From assembly GCA_963716175.1 (NCBI GenBank), contig OY970296.1, positions 512,001 through 576,000 of the forward strand: 64,000 bases of DNA. Reading direction: 5' to 3'. Position numbers and translations under genes: made by a program. Below, piece by piece: positions 29,948 through 39,382 of this stretch. The DNA is from an uncultured Armatimonadetes bacterium (GTDB taxonomy: Bacteria > Armatimonadota > Hebobacteria > Hebobacterales > Hebobacteraceae). Each line of letters opens with the position of its first letter. Position 1 is the stretch's first letter. Below the pieces are notes generated by a model. It was not told the DNA's origin. It was given only the letters and a program-made list of their open reading frames with translations, and did not search any database.

Positions 29948-31614
29948 GACTGCGCCCTCCTCGCAATCTCCTCTCCGGTGAAGGGCAAGCCGTCGTACTT
30001 CAGCACCAGCTCGCACTCCCCCAGCACCCCTCGTTCCCGCAGCAGAGACGCGAACTGGCCAGTGGCGTTGCACTCCACCACCGCGATTCGCTTTGGCTTG
30101 GCCGCGGCGAGAATGGAGCGCAGCGCCTCCGCGTTGAGCGGCCAGACTTGCGAGAAGTGGAGCATCGCCGCGGACACATCGCGCTCGTTCAGGGCATCCA
30201 CGGCCTCCCGGCAGGGCCCATAGCTGGAACCCCAGCACAGCAGCAGCAGCTCCGCTTCCTCCGCCCCATACCGCTCCGGCGCCAGCGCTTCATCGGCCAT
30301 GCCCTTGAGCTTGGCCAGCCGTTTGTCCTGCATCTGCACCCGCGTCCGCAGGTCCTCCGTGATGTGCCCCTCCTCACCGTGCTCATCCGAGTCCACGACC
30401 ACGAAGGCCTCTCCTCCCGGCAGCGCCCTGGGCGAGACCCCGTCGGGGGTCACCGCGTAGCGCACGTAACCGGCTGCCGCATCGCTGACGATATGTCGGT
30501 CTATGGGACGCGCGGTCCGCGCGAGTGGCTCGAGGTTCTTCTTCATGTCCGCGAGGAACTGGTCCATTAGCATGATCACCGGGGTCTGGTACTCGTGCGC
30601 AGTCTCCAGGCCGCGGCGGGTGATCTCATAGGCCTGCCCGATCGTCCCCGGTGCGTAGACCGCCTTGGCGAACTCCCCGTGCCCGGCATTGACGGCGAAC
30701 TTCAGGTCCTGCTGGGCCGTGCGGGTAGGCAGCCCGGTGGCCGGGCCGGGTCTTTGCCCAAGCATGATGAAGGCCGGCAGCTCCAGCATGCCCGCCAGCG
30801 CCACTCCCTCCACCATCAGCGCGAAGCCGCCCCCGCTGGTGACGGTCATCGCCGGGACCCCCGCGTAGGCGGCCCCGCATACCATGTTGATGGCGGCGAT
30901 CTCATCCTCCGCCTGCTCCACCACTATCCCGAACTCGTCGGCGAGGCTAGCCAGATGGGAGAAGACGTTCGTGGAGGGAGTCATGGGGTAGGCGGCAACG
31001 AACTTCACGCCCGCGGTGGCTGCGGCCAGGGCGATGGCCTCGCTGCCGGAGCAGACGAACTCCGGCGCGCCCACACCCCTGGGCGGAAGCATGGCCCCGA
31101 CGTAGGGCTCGGCCAGCTCCGCGCCGCGCCGCGCGCACTTGATGTTGGCCTCCACTATGTCCGGGCCCTTGCCGCCGAATCTGCTCTCCAGGTGGGAGTG
31201 GAGCTGCGCGGCGTCGTAGCCGAGCAGCGCAAAGACTGCTCCTGCCGCCACCGTGTTCGCCATCACCTCCGCCCCGGTCAGCTCCTTCGCCTCCCTCCCC
31301 AACTCAATGGCGACCGTCCCCGCCTGGGGCCTGCCGTTCAACAGGATGAGCGTCCATTGGTCAACCTGGGCCCTCAGGAACTCCAGCGCCTCCGCAGCCA
31401 GCACCACCAGCAGATTGGGTTTCTCCTTGCCGACGAAGAGCTCTCTGTCAGCGATCCTGATATCTATCCAGTTGAGGCCGCCGCGGATGCGCGACATATA
31501 GGTCTCGGTGCTGAAGACATGCAGTCCCATGCCGGCGAAAGCGTTGCTCAGCAAGCCGCCGATGGTCTCGATCCCTTGCCCGGCGGCGCCCGCGACTCGT
31601 ATGCTCAGGTCCAA
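29944..31614 (-). CDS. 2-oxoacid:acceptor oxidoreductase alpha subunit (gamma-alpha fusion)
   Basis: GAAGQGI, YMSRIRGG, YPMTPS, EQAEDEIAA, TSGGGFALM, RPGPATGLPT. Confidence 0.9.
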   Translation of the reverse strand: MDLSIRVAGAAGQGIETIGGLLSNAFAGMGLHVFSTETYMSRIRGGLNWIDIRIADRELFVGKEKPNLLVVLAAEALEFLRAQVDQWTLILLNGRPQAGTVAIELGREAKELTGAEVMANTVAAGAVFALLGYDAAQLHSHLESRFGGKGPDIVEANIKCARRGAELAEPYVGAMLPPRGVGAPEFVCSGSEAIALAAATAGVKFVAAYPMTPSTNVFSHLASLADEFGIVVEQAEDEIAAINMVCGAAYAGVPAMTVTSGGGFALMVEGVALAGMLELPAFIMLGQRPGPATGLPTRTAQQDLKFAVNAGHGEFAKAVYAPGTIGQAYEITRRGLETAHEYQTPVIMLMDQFLADMKKNLEPLARTARPIDRHIVSDAAAGYVRYAVTPDGVSPRALPGGEAFVVVDSDEHGEEGHITEDLRTRVQMQDKRLAKLKGMADEALAPERYGAEEAELLLLCWGSSYGPCREAVDALNERDVSAAMLHFSQVWPLNAEALRSILAAAKPKRIAVVECNATGQFASLLRERGVLGECELVLKYDGLPFTGEEIARRAQS

Positions 31615-31683
31615 GTGAGTGCCTCCCGCGCGACGGTGGTTTCCAGCCAGCGGCATCGGTTCCTGGCTCCCCTAGCCCCCAAA

Positions 31684-31900
31684 TCACGACACTGGGCCGA
31701 TATCGGCCATGGTCCTCAGACCGGGCGGGGCGGCGACGATGATGGGGATAGCATGCGTCAGCATGGCGCAGGTGGCAGTATCGCCGCGCACCCCGGCCGC
31801 AATGGTGAACCGCAGCGGCGGATCGCCCTCGATGATGACCGTGTCTCGCACGTCTTCCTCGCCCGTCTCGCGCAACCTCTCATCCCTGGCAACGGACGGA
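31684..31900 (-). pseudogene. C-terminal remnant of a dihydrodipicolinate-reductase-like/amine dehydrogenase gene
   Basis: DTVIIEGDPPL...GVRGDTATCAMLTHAIP..VAAPPGLRTMAD matches that family's C-terminus; no room for the N-terminal domain before tsaD. Confidence 0.5.
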
Positions 31901-31972
31901 GACCAGTTTCCGCCTGCCGGCTGGAGTACCCGATGGCAGGTGTGACTGCGCGAGTCCTGGAAGTCCGCGTTC

Positions 31973-33001
31973 ATGCGCCTGCTCGCGATCGAGACTAGCT
32001 GTGACGAAACCGCGGCCGCCGTCGCGCGGGGGCCCAGCGCAGGCGGGGTCGAGCTACTGTCCAGCGTCATTGCCTCGCAGGACGACCTGCACGCTCACTT
32101 CGGCGGCATCGTGCCGGAGATCGCCTCCCGTCGCCACCTCGAGATGATCGTTCCGGTGATCCGGGAGGCGATGGCGCGGGCCGGCGCGAGCTGGGATGAC
32201 TTGGACGGTCTCGCCGTCACCAACGGGCCTGGCCTGATCGGGTCGCTGGTGGTTGGGGTGGCGGCGGCCCACGCGATCGCCGAGGCGCGGCGCCTTCCCA
32301 TCGTCGGCGTTCACCATCTTGAGGGGCACATCTACAGCGCCGCCATCGGCGCGCCGCTCCCGCTGCCAGCCCTGGCGCTGATCGCCTCCGGCGGCCACAC
32401 CCATCTGGTGCTGGTGCGCGATCACGGGCAATACCAGGTGCTGGGCCGCACCCGCGATGACGCCGCCGGCGAGGCCTTCGAGAAGGGGGCGCGCCTGCTG
32501 GGCCTCCCCTATCCGGGCGCTGGTCAGCTCGCCGACCTGGCCGACTCGTTCCCAGGCCGCGTCCAGCCCCTGCCGCGGGCTCGCCTCCCCGGCTCCTGGG
32601 ACTTTAGCTTCAGCGGCGTGAAGACCGACCTGGCGCGCCGCGTTCGCCAGTCAGCTCTGACGGAGGAGCAGCGGGCGCGATTGGCCGCCTGCTATCAGGA
32701 ATCCATCGCGCTCTCTCTGGTCGAGCGCGCCACCCGCGCGGCCGACGAGGTGGGCGGCTATCCCATCTTGCTGGTGGGCGGAGTAGCGCGCAACCGGCGA
32801 CTGCGCGCGCTGCTGGCCCAGAAGGCCGCGCCCCTCGGCCTCTCGTGGCGTGTCCCCGAGCCGAGTCTGTGCACCGACAACGCGGCCATGGTGGCCGCGG
32901 CCGGCCTTTACAGACTCTCGCTTGCAGGGCCAGTCGGGGACGGCTTGGATGCTGCCGCTAACCTCCCGCTGGAAAGCTGGCGCCTTGAGCACGCCGCGTG
33001 A
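31973..33001 (+). CDS. tsaD: tRNA N6-threonylcarbamoyltransferase TsaD
   Basis: LAIETSCDET, GGIVPEIASR, GPGL, HHLEGH, SGGHT, DDAAGEAF, CTDNAAM. Confidence 0.95.
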   Translation: MRLLAIETSCDETAAAVARGPSAGGVELLSSVIASQDDLHAHFGGIVPEIASRRHLEMIVPVIREAMARAGASWDDLDGLAVTNGPGLIGSLVVGVAAAHAIAEARRLPIVGVHHLEGHIYSAAIGAPLPLPALALIASGGHTHLVLVRDHGQYQVLGRTRDDAAGEAFEKGARLLGLPYPGAGQLADLADSFPGRVQPLPRARLPGSWDFSFSGVKTDLARRVRQSALTEEQRARLAACYQESIALSLVERATRAADEVGGYPILLVGGVARNRRLRALLAQKAAPLGLSWRVPEPSLCTDNAAMVAAAGLYRLSLAGPVGDGLDAAANLPLESWRLEHAA

Positions 33002-33095
33002 GCAGGCCCTCGCTTCCCAGTGCACAAGCGTTGTCGAATCCGCAGCGGCGCGCCGAAGAGCGCCAAAAAAACTGCCAAGAGAGCGCTGCGCGGCC

Positions 33096-33124
33096 TTGCC
33101 AATTCGCTGTTCAGGTGGTATACT
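33096..33124 (+). promoter_or_regulatory. Sigma70-type promoter with extended -10
   Basis: TTGCCA-17 bp-TATACT, preceded by TG. Confidence 0.6.
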
Positions 33125-33139
33125 CCGCCCCCGATAGGA

Positions 33140-33319
33140 GACTACGGGATGAACGGAGCAGCCCTATCGTTGCACGATCCCGGTTTCTCCGAAGGGCGGA
33201 TGACAAGCGTATGCTCGCCTGTCGGGCAGGCGTTGCGAGGTCCGTCATTTCGCCTGCTGTCTCTCTTCCCCAAGTTGCGGAGTTGTCTCGCTCCTGCCGC
33301 GTCATCCCAGCAGGTAGTT
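33140..33319 (+). ncRNA. Candidate rod-shaped RNA (6S-like) or structured leader
   Basis: Nested end-to-end helices around a central bubble, about 180 nt, directly after the promoter. Confidence 0.35.
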
Positions 33320-33414
33320 GGCGCTCGCGGCGGCGAGAGCACATGATCTGAGCAGAGGGAGCAGCCGACACACCGGAAAACTCGGCAACAATCATCACAG
33401 GAGACATCGCAGCC

Positions 33415-33987
33415 ATGGACGCAGCAGTCGCACACCAGATTTGGAACTACATCGGCATGTTGGGGGTAGATCGAGAGACTGCCCGCGACCTCTACCAGGA
33501 AGCTGAGACCGCGATCTGGGAGGCGTCCGCACACCGCGCCACCCATGAGTGCCACAGCTACCTGGTGAAGACTGGAGTCGGCGCCATTCGGCACTGGCTC
33601 CGTGACCGCTACTCCATCATCCGCATCCCCGGGTACCTTCACGACCGCGGCCAGGCCTCGGAGCACATGAAGGTGATCCTCCCGCTGGAGGACATGAACG
33701 AGACCGTGGGCCACCGCTTCGAGGAAGACCTGCTGGAGCGGATCACGGTGGACTCCAAGCGCAGCGAGGTGTTCAGCTTGCTGCCCCGGCTGACCCGCGC
33801 GGAGCGCCAAGTGATGGAGTCCCTGCTCGCCGGCCAGAGCATCCGTGACATCGCGCGCCGCCGACGCGTTCGCGTTGGCTGCGTCTACGCCCAGCGGAGC
33901 AAGGCCATAACCAAGCTGCGCCGCCTGGTGTCGGAAGGCGCCCTACACGAGACTCCCCGCGCCAGCGCGCTCGTGGCCCGGGCCTAG
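33415..33987 (+). CDS. Sigma70-family RNA polymerase sigma factor (compact)
   Basis: Region 2 DLYQEA..AIW and GAIRHWLRD...IRIP; region 4 LTRAERQV...SIRDIA...KAITKLR. Confidence 0.7.
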   Translation: MDAAVAHQIWNYIGMLGVDRETARDLYQEAETAIWEASAHRATHECHSYLVKTGVGAIRHWLRDRYSIIRIPGYLHDRGQASEHMKVILPLEDMNETVGHRFEEDLLERITVDSKRSEVFSLLPRLTRAERQVMESLLAGQSIRDIARRRRVRVGCVYAQRSKAITKLRRLVSEGALHETPRASALVARA

Positions 33988-34050
33988 CGCCCCTCTCCTC
34001 TGACCGGCGAGACCGGCAGCATCAGGCCGGCCTCGGGCCCGCGGCGTCAC

Positions 34051-34386
34051 TCAGTCGTCGTCTTTGGGGGCCGGCTGAGGGGCCGCCTCGCGAACGCCCA
34101 CTCCCTGTAGGAAATCGGCCAGAAACCGGGTCCGCTCAGAGGCCACGATAGCAGAGCGCTCGGGCGGTCTCCCGGTGCCCGGGTAGAAGCACCGGGCGCA
34201 CTGGAACCCCACCCTGGCCCGCTGTGAGGCAAGGTAGAAGGGAAGGTGCGGGAGAGGGCGGTTGCAGCTGGAGCAGCGCAGCCCATCGGGTGCCGGTGCC
34301 GTTGGCTGGCCCGGGCGCCTTGGCTTTGCTCGCTCCCGAGGTCGCGCCCTCCTCGATCCACTCTTTACCGCAACACTGCGTCCCAT
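34051..34386 (-). CDS. Small putative zinc-binding protein
   Basis: CSSC...CARC pair; start uncertain. Confidence 0.5.
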   Translation of the reverse strand: MGRSVAVKSGSRRARPRERAKPRRPGQPTAPAPDGLRCSSCNRPLPHLPFYLASQRARVGFQCARCFYPGTGRPPERSAIVASERTRFLADFLQGVGVREAAPQPAPKDDD

Positions 34387-34584
34387 CGTTTTCACCCACC
34401 CTTTGCAGTATTCCCCAAATCGGTGGAACTCCTAACCGCCGTTGGCGGTCAAATCAGCGACCCCGGCTAGGTCCAGATGGGTCAGCGTTGACACGGTCTT
34501 TGCCTTTGTGCTAGACTCGCCCTATCCGCAGAGGCATTGGTGATGCCACCTGCGACGCTAAGTGGTGCCAGGGAGGGCCTTGGG

Positions 34585-35657
34585 ATGCGAACCGCCGTCT
34601 GGGTTTCTCTCGGCCTGCTGCTTGCCAGCTTTGCCATCAACTCGCCGACGTGGGCGGTGGAGCGCGAGTTGGCCGGAGTCCGGCTGGGTGACAAGGCCCT
34701 GACGTTACTGAGCAGACCGGGCTTCGGGGAGCCCACCTACATCGGCCCCATCGGCACGATCAGCCTGCCCAGCCCGGAGCCAGCCGGCGCGGCCCGAGCG
34801 GGTGCCCGCGCGGGGCCGTCCGGTCCTGGCGGGGCGAGGGCAGGAGGCGCCCGCGGGGAACGCGAGCGGGTGGGGGGATGCGCGCTGGCGGGCGCCAGGG
34901 CGGCGGCATGCGAGGCGGCGGGGGACGGGGCATGGGCGGTAGAGCCGAGGCGCCGTCATCAGGGCTGGGCATTGGTGCTCTGCCGTCGGCGGCCGACATG
35001 GGCATTGGTCTGACCGGAGGTCGCGGGGCCAGGCGAGGGGGCGGTGGCATGCGGGGTGGAGGAGGAATGCGCGGCGGCGGGGGAGCCAGACGAGGCGGCG
35101 GCGCTGCGCGCGGTGGCGGGATGCGTGGCGGTGGGGCGCGAGCTGGCGGAATGCGCGGCGGTGCCGCGCGAGGCGGTGGGGGGGCCAGGCGAGGCGGTGG
35201 CGCCGCGCGTGGTGGTGGGGCGCGAGGCGGGACGCGTGGGGGCGGCGCCCTGGCCCGCGGCGGAGGCGGAGCCGGTATGTACTGGTATTACCGGCGGGCC
35301 GGGGGCTCGGTCCTGGTGCTGAGCCTGACGCCTATTGGCGAAGTGAAGACCATCACGTTGAGCGGCAGTCTGCCCTACCCCGCCGGTCGCACTAGCCGGG
35401 ACATCGGCCTGGCCAACAACTACATGGATGTGATCAGCCGTTACGGCTATCCGGATCAGACCGTATCCGCGGGCAATGCGGTGGAGCTCACCTATGTCGA
35501 TCACGGAGTCCGGTTCACACTGGAGGGCATGCGCGTGAGCCGGATTGCCATTGGCGCCGAGATCGCAGGCGCAGTGGAGGCGGCGCCGGCGCCAGGCCCG
35601 CAGATCGCGCCTCCGCCCGCCGGGCTCAGCGCGGAAGAACTGCGAGGCTACCTGTAG
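34585..35657 (+). CDS. Secreted protein with RGG-rich insert (paralogue 1); frameshift near 34860
   Basis: Signal peptide, LAGVRLG, Gly/Arg tracts, then YWYY...YGYPDQ...GVRFTL. Confidence 0.65.
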
Positions 35658-35700
35658 CCCGTGGTAACGCCCGGCCTGGAGATGGAAGAGGACCATAGCG

Positions 35701-36899
35701 ATGCCTAGCTCTCCTCAGCGCTCGGGGCTCTGTGCCTTGCTGATGCTGCTGTTTGGGATCGCCGTCATTGGCCCTGCGCCCGCGGTGGAGGATGGCCTCA
35801 TGGACGTCCGGATCGGCGCCTCCTATCGCGAGGTAGACCGGCGAATGGGCCCGCCCGACGGCATCCTGCTGGCCGCCGGGGGTGGCATGATGTACCAGAC
35901 TCTCCCTGCTCCCTCCGCCAAGGCCGGGCTGCCCCAGTTCGGGACCCAACCCGCTCCTGCCGAAGTGCCCGTCTGGGTGCTTCCGGTGCGAGCTGGCGCG
36001 CTGGCCGCGGGGCAGGCCCAATGGTTCTACGACCTGCGGAGTCGAAAGGGTGTGTCGCTCGGCATTGTGCTCACCGGCGAGGGGGCTGATGCCGCGGTGA
36101 CCGACGTCATCGTCGCTGGGTTCAGCAAGTACCTTAAGGGCAAGCCGACTCCGCTGCACACCGAGCGCGGCATCGCCCTCCAAAGCAGCTTCGCCGATGT
36201 TCTGCTGAAGTATGGCTATCCCCCCTTGGCCGAGATCTACCCGGCCGGCGGAGGTGCCGTCGGGGCCGGCGCGGGCGGGGCCATGCGCGCGGGCGGGGGT
36301 GCCGCGCGGGGCGGGATGCGCGGTGGTGGAGCGCGCGGCGGCGGGGCGCGCGCGGGCGGAATGCGGGGTGGCGGCGGGGCGCGTGGCGGTGGAATGCGGG
36401 GTGGCGGCGGCGCACGCGGTGGTGGAGGACGAGGTGGGCGGGGTGGAGGTAGAGGGATGCGCGGCGCGGCCGGGTCCGAGGCTGGGCCTCCAGCCATGGC
36501 TGTCGCCTCGCTGAGCCAAGCGGCCTCCTACCAGGTCGTGCTGACCGGTGGTAGAAGAGGTGGTGGCGGCGGTAGAGGCGGTGGCATGCGCGGCGGCGGA
36601 GGGGGCGGCCGACGCGGTGGCGCAGGCGCGCGCGGTGGTGGAGGCGGCGCCCGGCGCGGAGGTGGAGGGATGCGTGGTGGCGGGGGGCGCGCGCCGGAGG
36701 CGGCCGGCGGGGCGGCGGGCGCGGGGCGCTTCCTCCCCTGGGGGCAGGGGCGGGAGCAGGCGCCGCTGCCGGCGGCCCGGTTCAGGCCTTCTCCGACACC
36801 GCTCCGATCACGTTCTCTCGGGATTGCATCTTGACGTACGAAGGGATCGCTTTCACCATTCAAGACATGAAAGTGATGCGCATTCACGTCTCAGAGTAG
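35701..36899 (+). CDS. Secreted protein with RGG-rich insert (paralogue 2); frameshift(s) near 36730-36770
   Basis: Signal peptide, LMDVRIG, QWFY, YGYPP, Gly/Arg tracts; tail CILTYEGIAFTIQDMKVMRIHVSE* in another frame. Confidence 0.65.
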
Positions 36900-36953
36900 C
36901 CGGGAGTGCTTCCGTCTGAGCTCGGTCCGGCCGACCAGGTGATCTTGCCGTGC

Positions 36954-36979
36954 GAGGGGCGTATGCCCCTTTTTCTTTT
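36954..36979 (+). terminator. Rho-independent terminator
   Basis: AGGGGC-GTAT-GCCCCT followed by TTTTCTTTT. Confidence 0.65.
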
Positions 36980-37073
36980 GGGTGGGCTGTTTTCGCCGCT
37001 CTCTCCGGCTTAGCTGTGAGGTTGGCCGGAGCGCCGCAGGATCTGGAGCCGTACCCCTAAGAGGAGTGGTGCA

Positions 37074-38462
37074 ATGAGGTTGCGCTATCAGCTAGTGGTG
37101 GCGATTCTGGTGGTCACCTTGATGGTGACTTGCTTCCTGGCCGGCCGTCAGTTTCAGACCGTGGCGGCGCTGCTGCCGGCGAAGCCGGGCGGGTCCGCCG
37201 GACTGGTGAGCGGCGTGCTGGCGGGCAGCGCGAGCGCGAGTGCGGCGGAGAGTGTGGACGATGTCAGCCTGCGGCCCCTGGAGACCTTCCAGGAGGTGCT
37301 GACGCATATCCGCAAGCAGTACGTCTCCCCGATCAAGAGCGAACGGGAGCTCACCTACGGGGCCATTCGCGGCCTGCTTTCCACGCTGCGGGAGCCCCCC
37401 TACGATGATCGTTACAGCCGCTTCCTCGACCCAGAGGAGTACCGCTCTTTCCTGGAGGAGAACGAAGGGCATTTCGGTGGCATCGGCGCCGAGCTGGGGG
37501 TGCGAGAGGTGAAGATTCCGCCCAGCCCCTCGGCCAAGGCCGGAGAGGCCATCCGCTGCCCGGTCTGTGGCACGGATGTGAGCAATCCCAAGCAGTACCA
37601 GGTGGTGATCATCGCCCCCCTGCCCGACAGCCCCGCGGAGCGCGCGGGCCTGCGCGCCGGTGACCACATCTTGCGGGTGAACGATGCCCCCACCGCCAGT
37701 CTCGCCCTGGCTGACACCGTGCGCCGCATCAAGGGACCACCGGGCACTGCCGTGAACCTGGTGATCTCCCGGGAGGGGGTTGCCGAGCCACTCACCATCA
37801 AGGTCACCCGGGCCGTGATCTCAGTACACAGTGCCGAGTACAAGCTGCTGCCGGGCCACGTTGGCTACCTGCGGGTTAGCACCTTCAACGATACCACCGC
37901 AGACCTGGTGAAAAAGGCGATGCGAGACATGCGCGCGGCCGGCGTCGGCGGCCTGCTGCTGGACCTGCGCAACAATCCCGGCGGCGGGCTCGACGTCTGC
38001 ATCGAGGTGGCCAGCCAGTTCGTGGGCAAGGGACCGGTGGTCTACATTCAGGAACGAGGCCAGCCGCGACAGCCCCGGGAGGCCACTGACGGCGCGCGGC
38101 GGATTGACCTGCCACTGGTGGTGCTGATCAACAACGGCAGCGCCAGCGCGGCCGAGATCCTCGCGGGAGCCATCCAGGATGATCATCTGGGCAAGCTGGT
38201 GGGTGTCCCCACCTTCGGCAAAGGCCTGGTCCAGACCGTGTTCCCTCTGCGCGACGGCTCGGCCCTCGCCCTCACCACCGCCCGCTACCTCACTCCCGAA
38301 CTGCGGGATATTGACCACAAGGGCATCACCCCCGACGTGGTCGCCGAGCAGTCCAAGAGCCTGGAGTTCATCCCGCCGCTGAGCGAGAAGGACACTCAGG
38401 GCAGGGCGGGGCTGGACCTGCTGCGACAGGAGATGAAGCGCCCTGTCCAGGCCGCCGCATAG
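37074..38462 (+). CDS. ctpA: S41 family C-terminal processing protease with PDZ domain
   Basis: FGGIG, SPAERAGLRAGD, DLRNNPGG, SASAAEI, TFGKGLVQ, GITPD. Confidence 0.9.
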   Translation: MRLRYQLVVAILVVTLMVTCFLAGRQFQTVAALLPAKPGGSAGLVSGVLAGSASASAAESVDDVSLRPLETFQEVLTHIRKQYVSPIKSERELTYGAIRGLLSTLREPPYDDRYSRFLDPEEYRSFLEENEGHFGGIGAELGVREVKIPPSPSAKAGEAIRCPVCGTDVSNPKQYQVVIIAPLPDSPAERAGLRAGDHILRVNDAPTASLALADTVRRIKGPPGTAVNLVISREGVAEPLTIKVTRAVISVHSAEYKLLPGHVGYLRVSTFNDTTADLVKKAMRDMRAAGVGGLLLDLRNNPGGGLDVCIEVASQFVGKGPVVYIQERGQPRQPREATDGARRIDLPLVVLINNGSASAAEILAGAIQDDHLGKLVGVPTFGKGLVQTVFPLRDGSALALTTARYLTPELRDIDHKGITPDVVAEQSKSLEFIPPLSEKDTQGRAGLDLLRQEMKRPVQAAA

Positions 38463-38519
38463 CTGCAGGGCGGGCCTTCCCGCCAGAGGCGGACAATCCC
38501 ATGCCCGCCAAGGCCCCGC

Positions 38520-39362
38520 ATGCGCGCCAAAGCAATGCAAGTGATCTCCGCCTCTCGGCGCACCGACCTGGTCGCGCACTACCCGGACCAGCTGGCGGCG
38601 CGCTTGCGCCGTCTCGGGCCCGAGAACGTCCACACCGTGGTGATCTGGACCAAGGACCCCACCAATCTTCTCCACCACCGTGAACTGCGAGACGCGCTCC
38701 GAGGCGTGGGCCAGGTCTTTCTGCATTGGACCATCACCGGCCTGGGCGGAACCTTCCTCGAGCCCAATGTGCCCCTGCCGGAGCACCAACTTCGTCTGCT
38801 CGATCCGGTGGTCGCCTACCTCGGCGACCCGCGCCGGCTGCACTGGCGCTATGACCCGCTCGTCTCCGCCCGGCTGGTAGGGCGGGCAGGCCCATGCCCG
38901 CCTGCGAGCAATCTGGATATTTCCCTCTTCCGCTCCCTGGCGCGGCCTCTTGCTGCGGCCGGCGTGCCAGCGGTCCACGCCTCCTTTGTGACGCTCTATC
39001 CCAAGGTCGCGCGCAGGCTGGCTGCGGCGGGGGTCGAGGTGGACGAACTGAGCACCGAGGCCCGGCAGAGCTTTCTGGCCGAGCTTTCCACGGCGGCCTG
39101 CGAGCAAGGCCTCGCCCTGGTCACGTGCTGTGAGCCGGATTTCCCCAGACAGCGCTGCATAGATGGAGACCTGTTGGCTGCTCTGCATCCCACCCAGGAG
39201 CCCTGCCGCAAGGACCGCGCCCGCGGCCAGCGCGAGCGGTGCGGCTGCACCGTCAGCCTCGACATCGGCCACTACCTCCCCTGCCCCAACCGGTGCCTCT
39301 ACTGCTACGCCCACCCGGCAACTGCACGCGCGACGGCACAGGAAAGCGCACGCCGGGCTTGA
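38520..39362 (+). CDS. DUF1848 family protein
   Basis: ISASRRTD, WTKDP, TITG, WRYDP, GQRERCGC, CPNRCLYCYA. Confidence 0.85.
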   Translation: MRAKAMQVISASRRTDLVAHYPDQLAARLRRLGPENVHTVVIWTKDPTNLLHHRELRDALRGVGQVFLHWTITGLGGTFLEPNVPLPEHQLRLLDPVVAYLGDPRRLHWRYDPLVSARLVGRAGPCPPASNLDISLFRSLARPLAAAGVPAVHASFVTLYPKVARRLAAAGVEVDELSTEARQSFLAELSTAACEQGLALVTCCEPDFPRQRCIDGDLLAALHPTQEPCRKDRARGQRERCGCTVSLDIGHYLPCPNRCLYCYAHPATARATAQESARRA

Positions 39363-39382
39363 AGATGGCCGGGGGGAATCTC

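Noticed and set aside
34790-36730. G-rich tracts as a CRISPR array or DNA tandem repeat
   Set aside because: No fixed repeat-spacer period; the repetition is at peptide level with varied codons.
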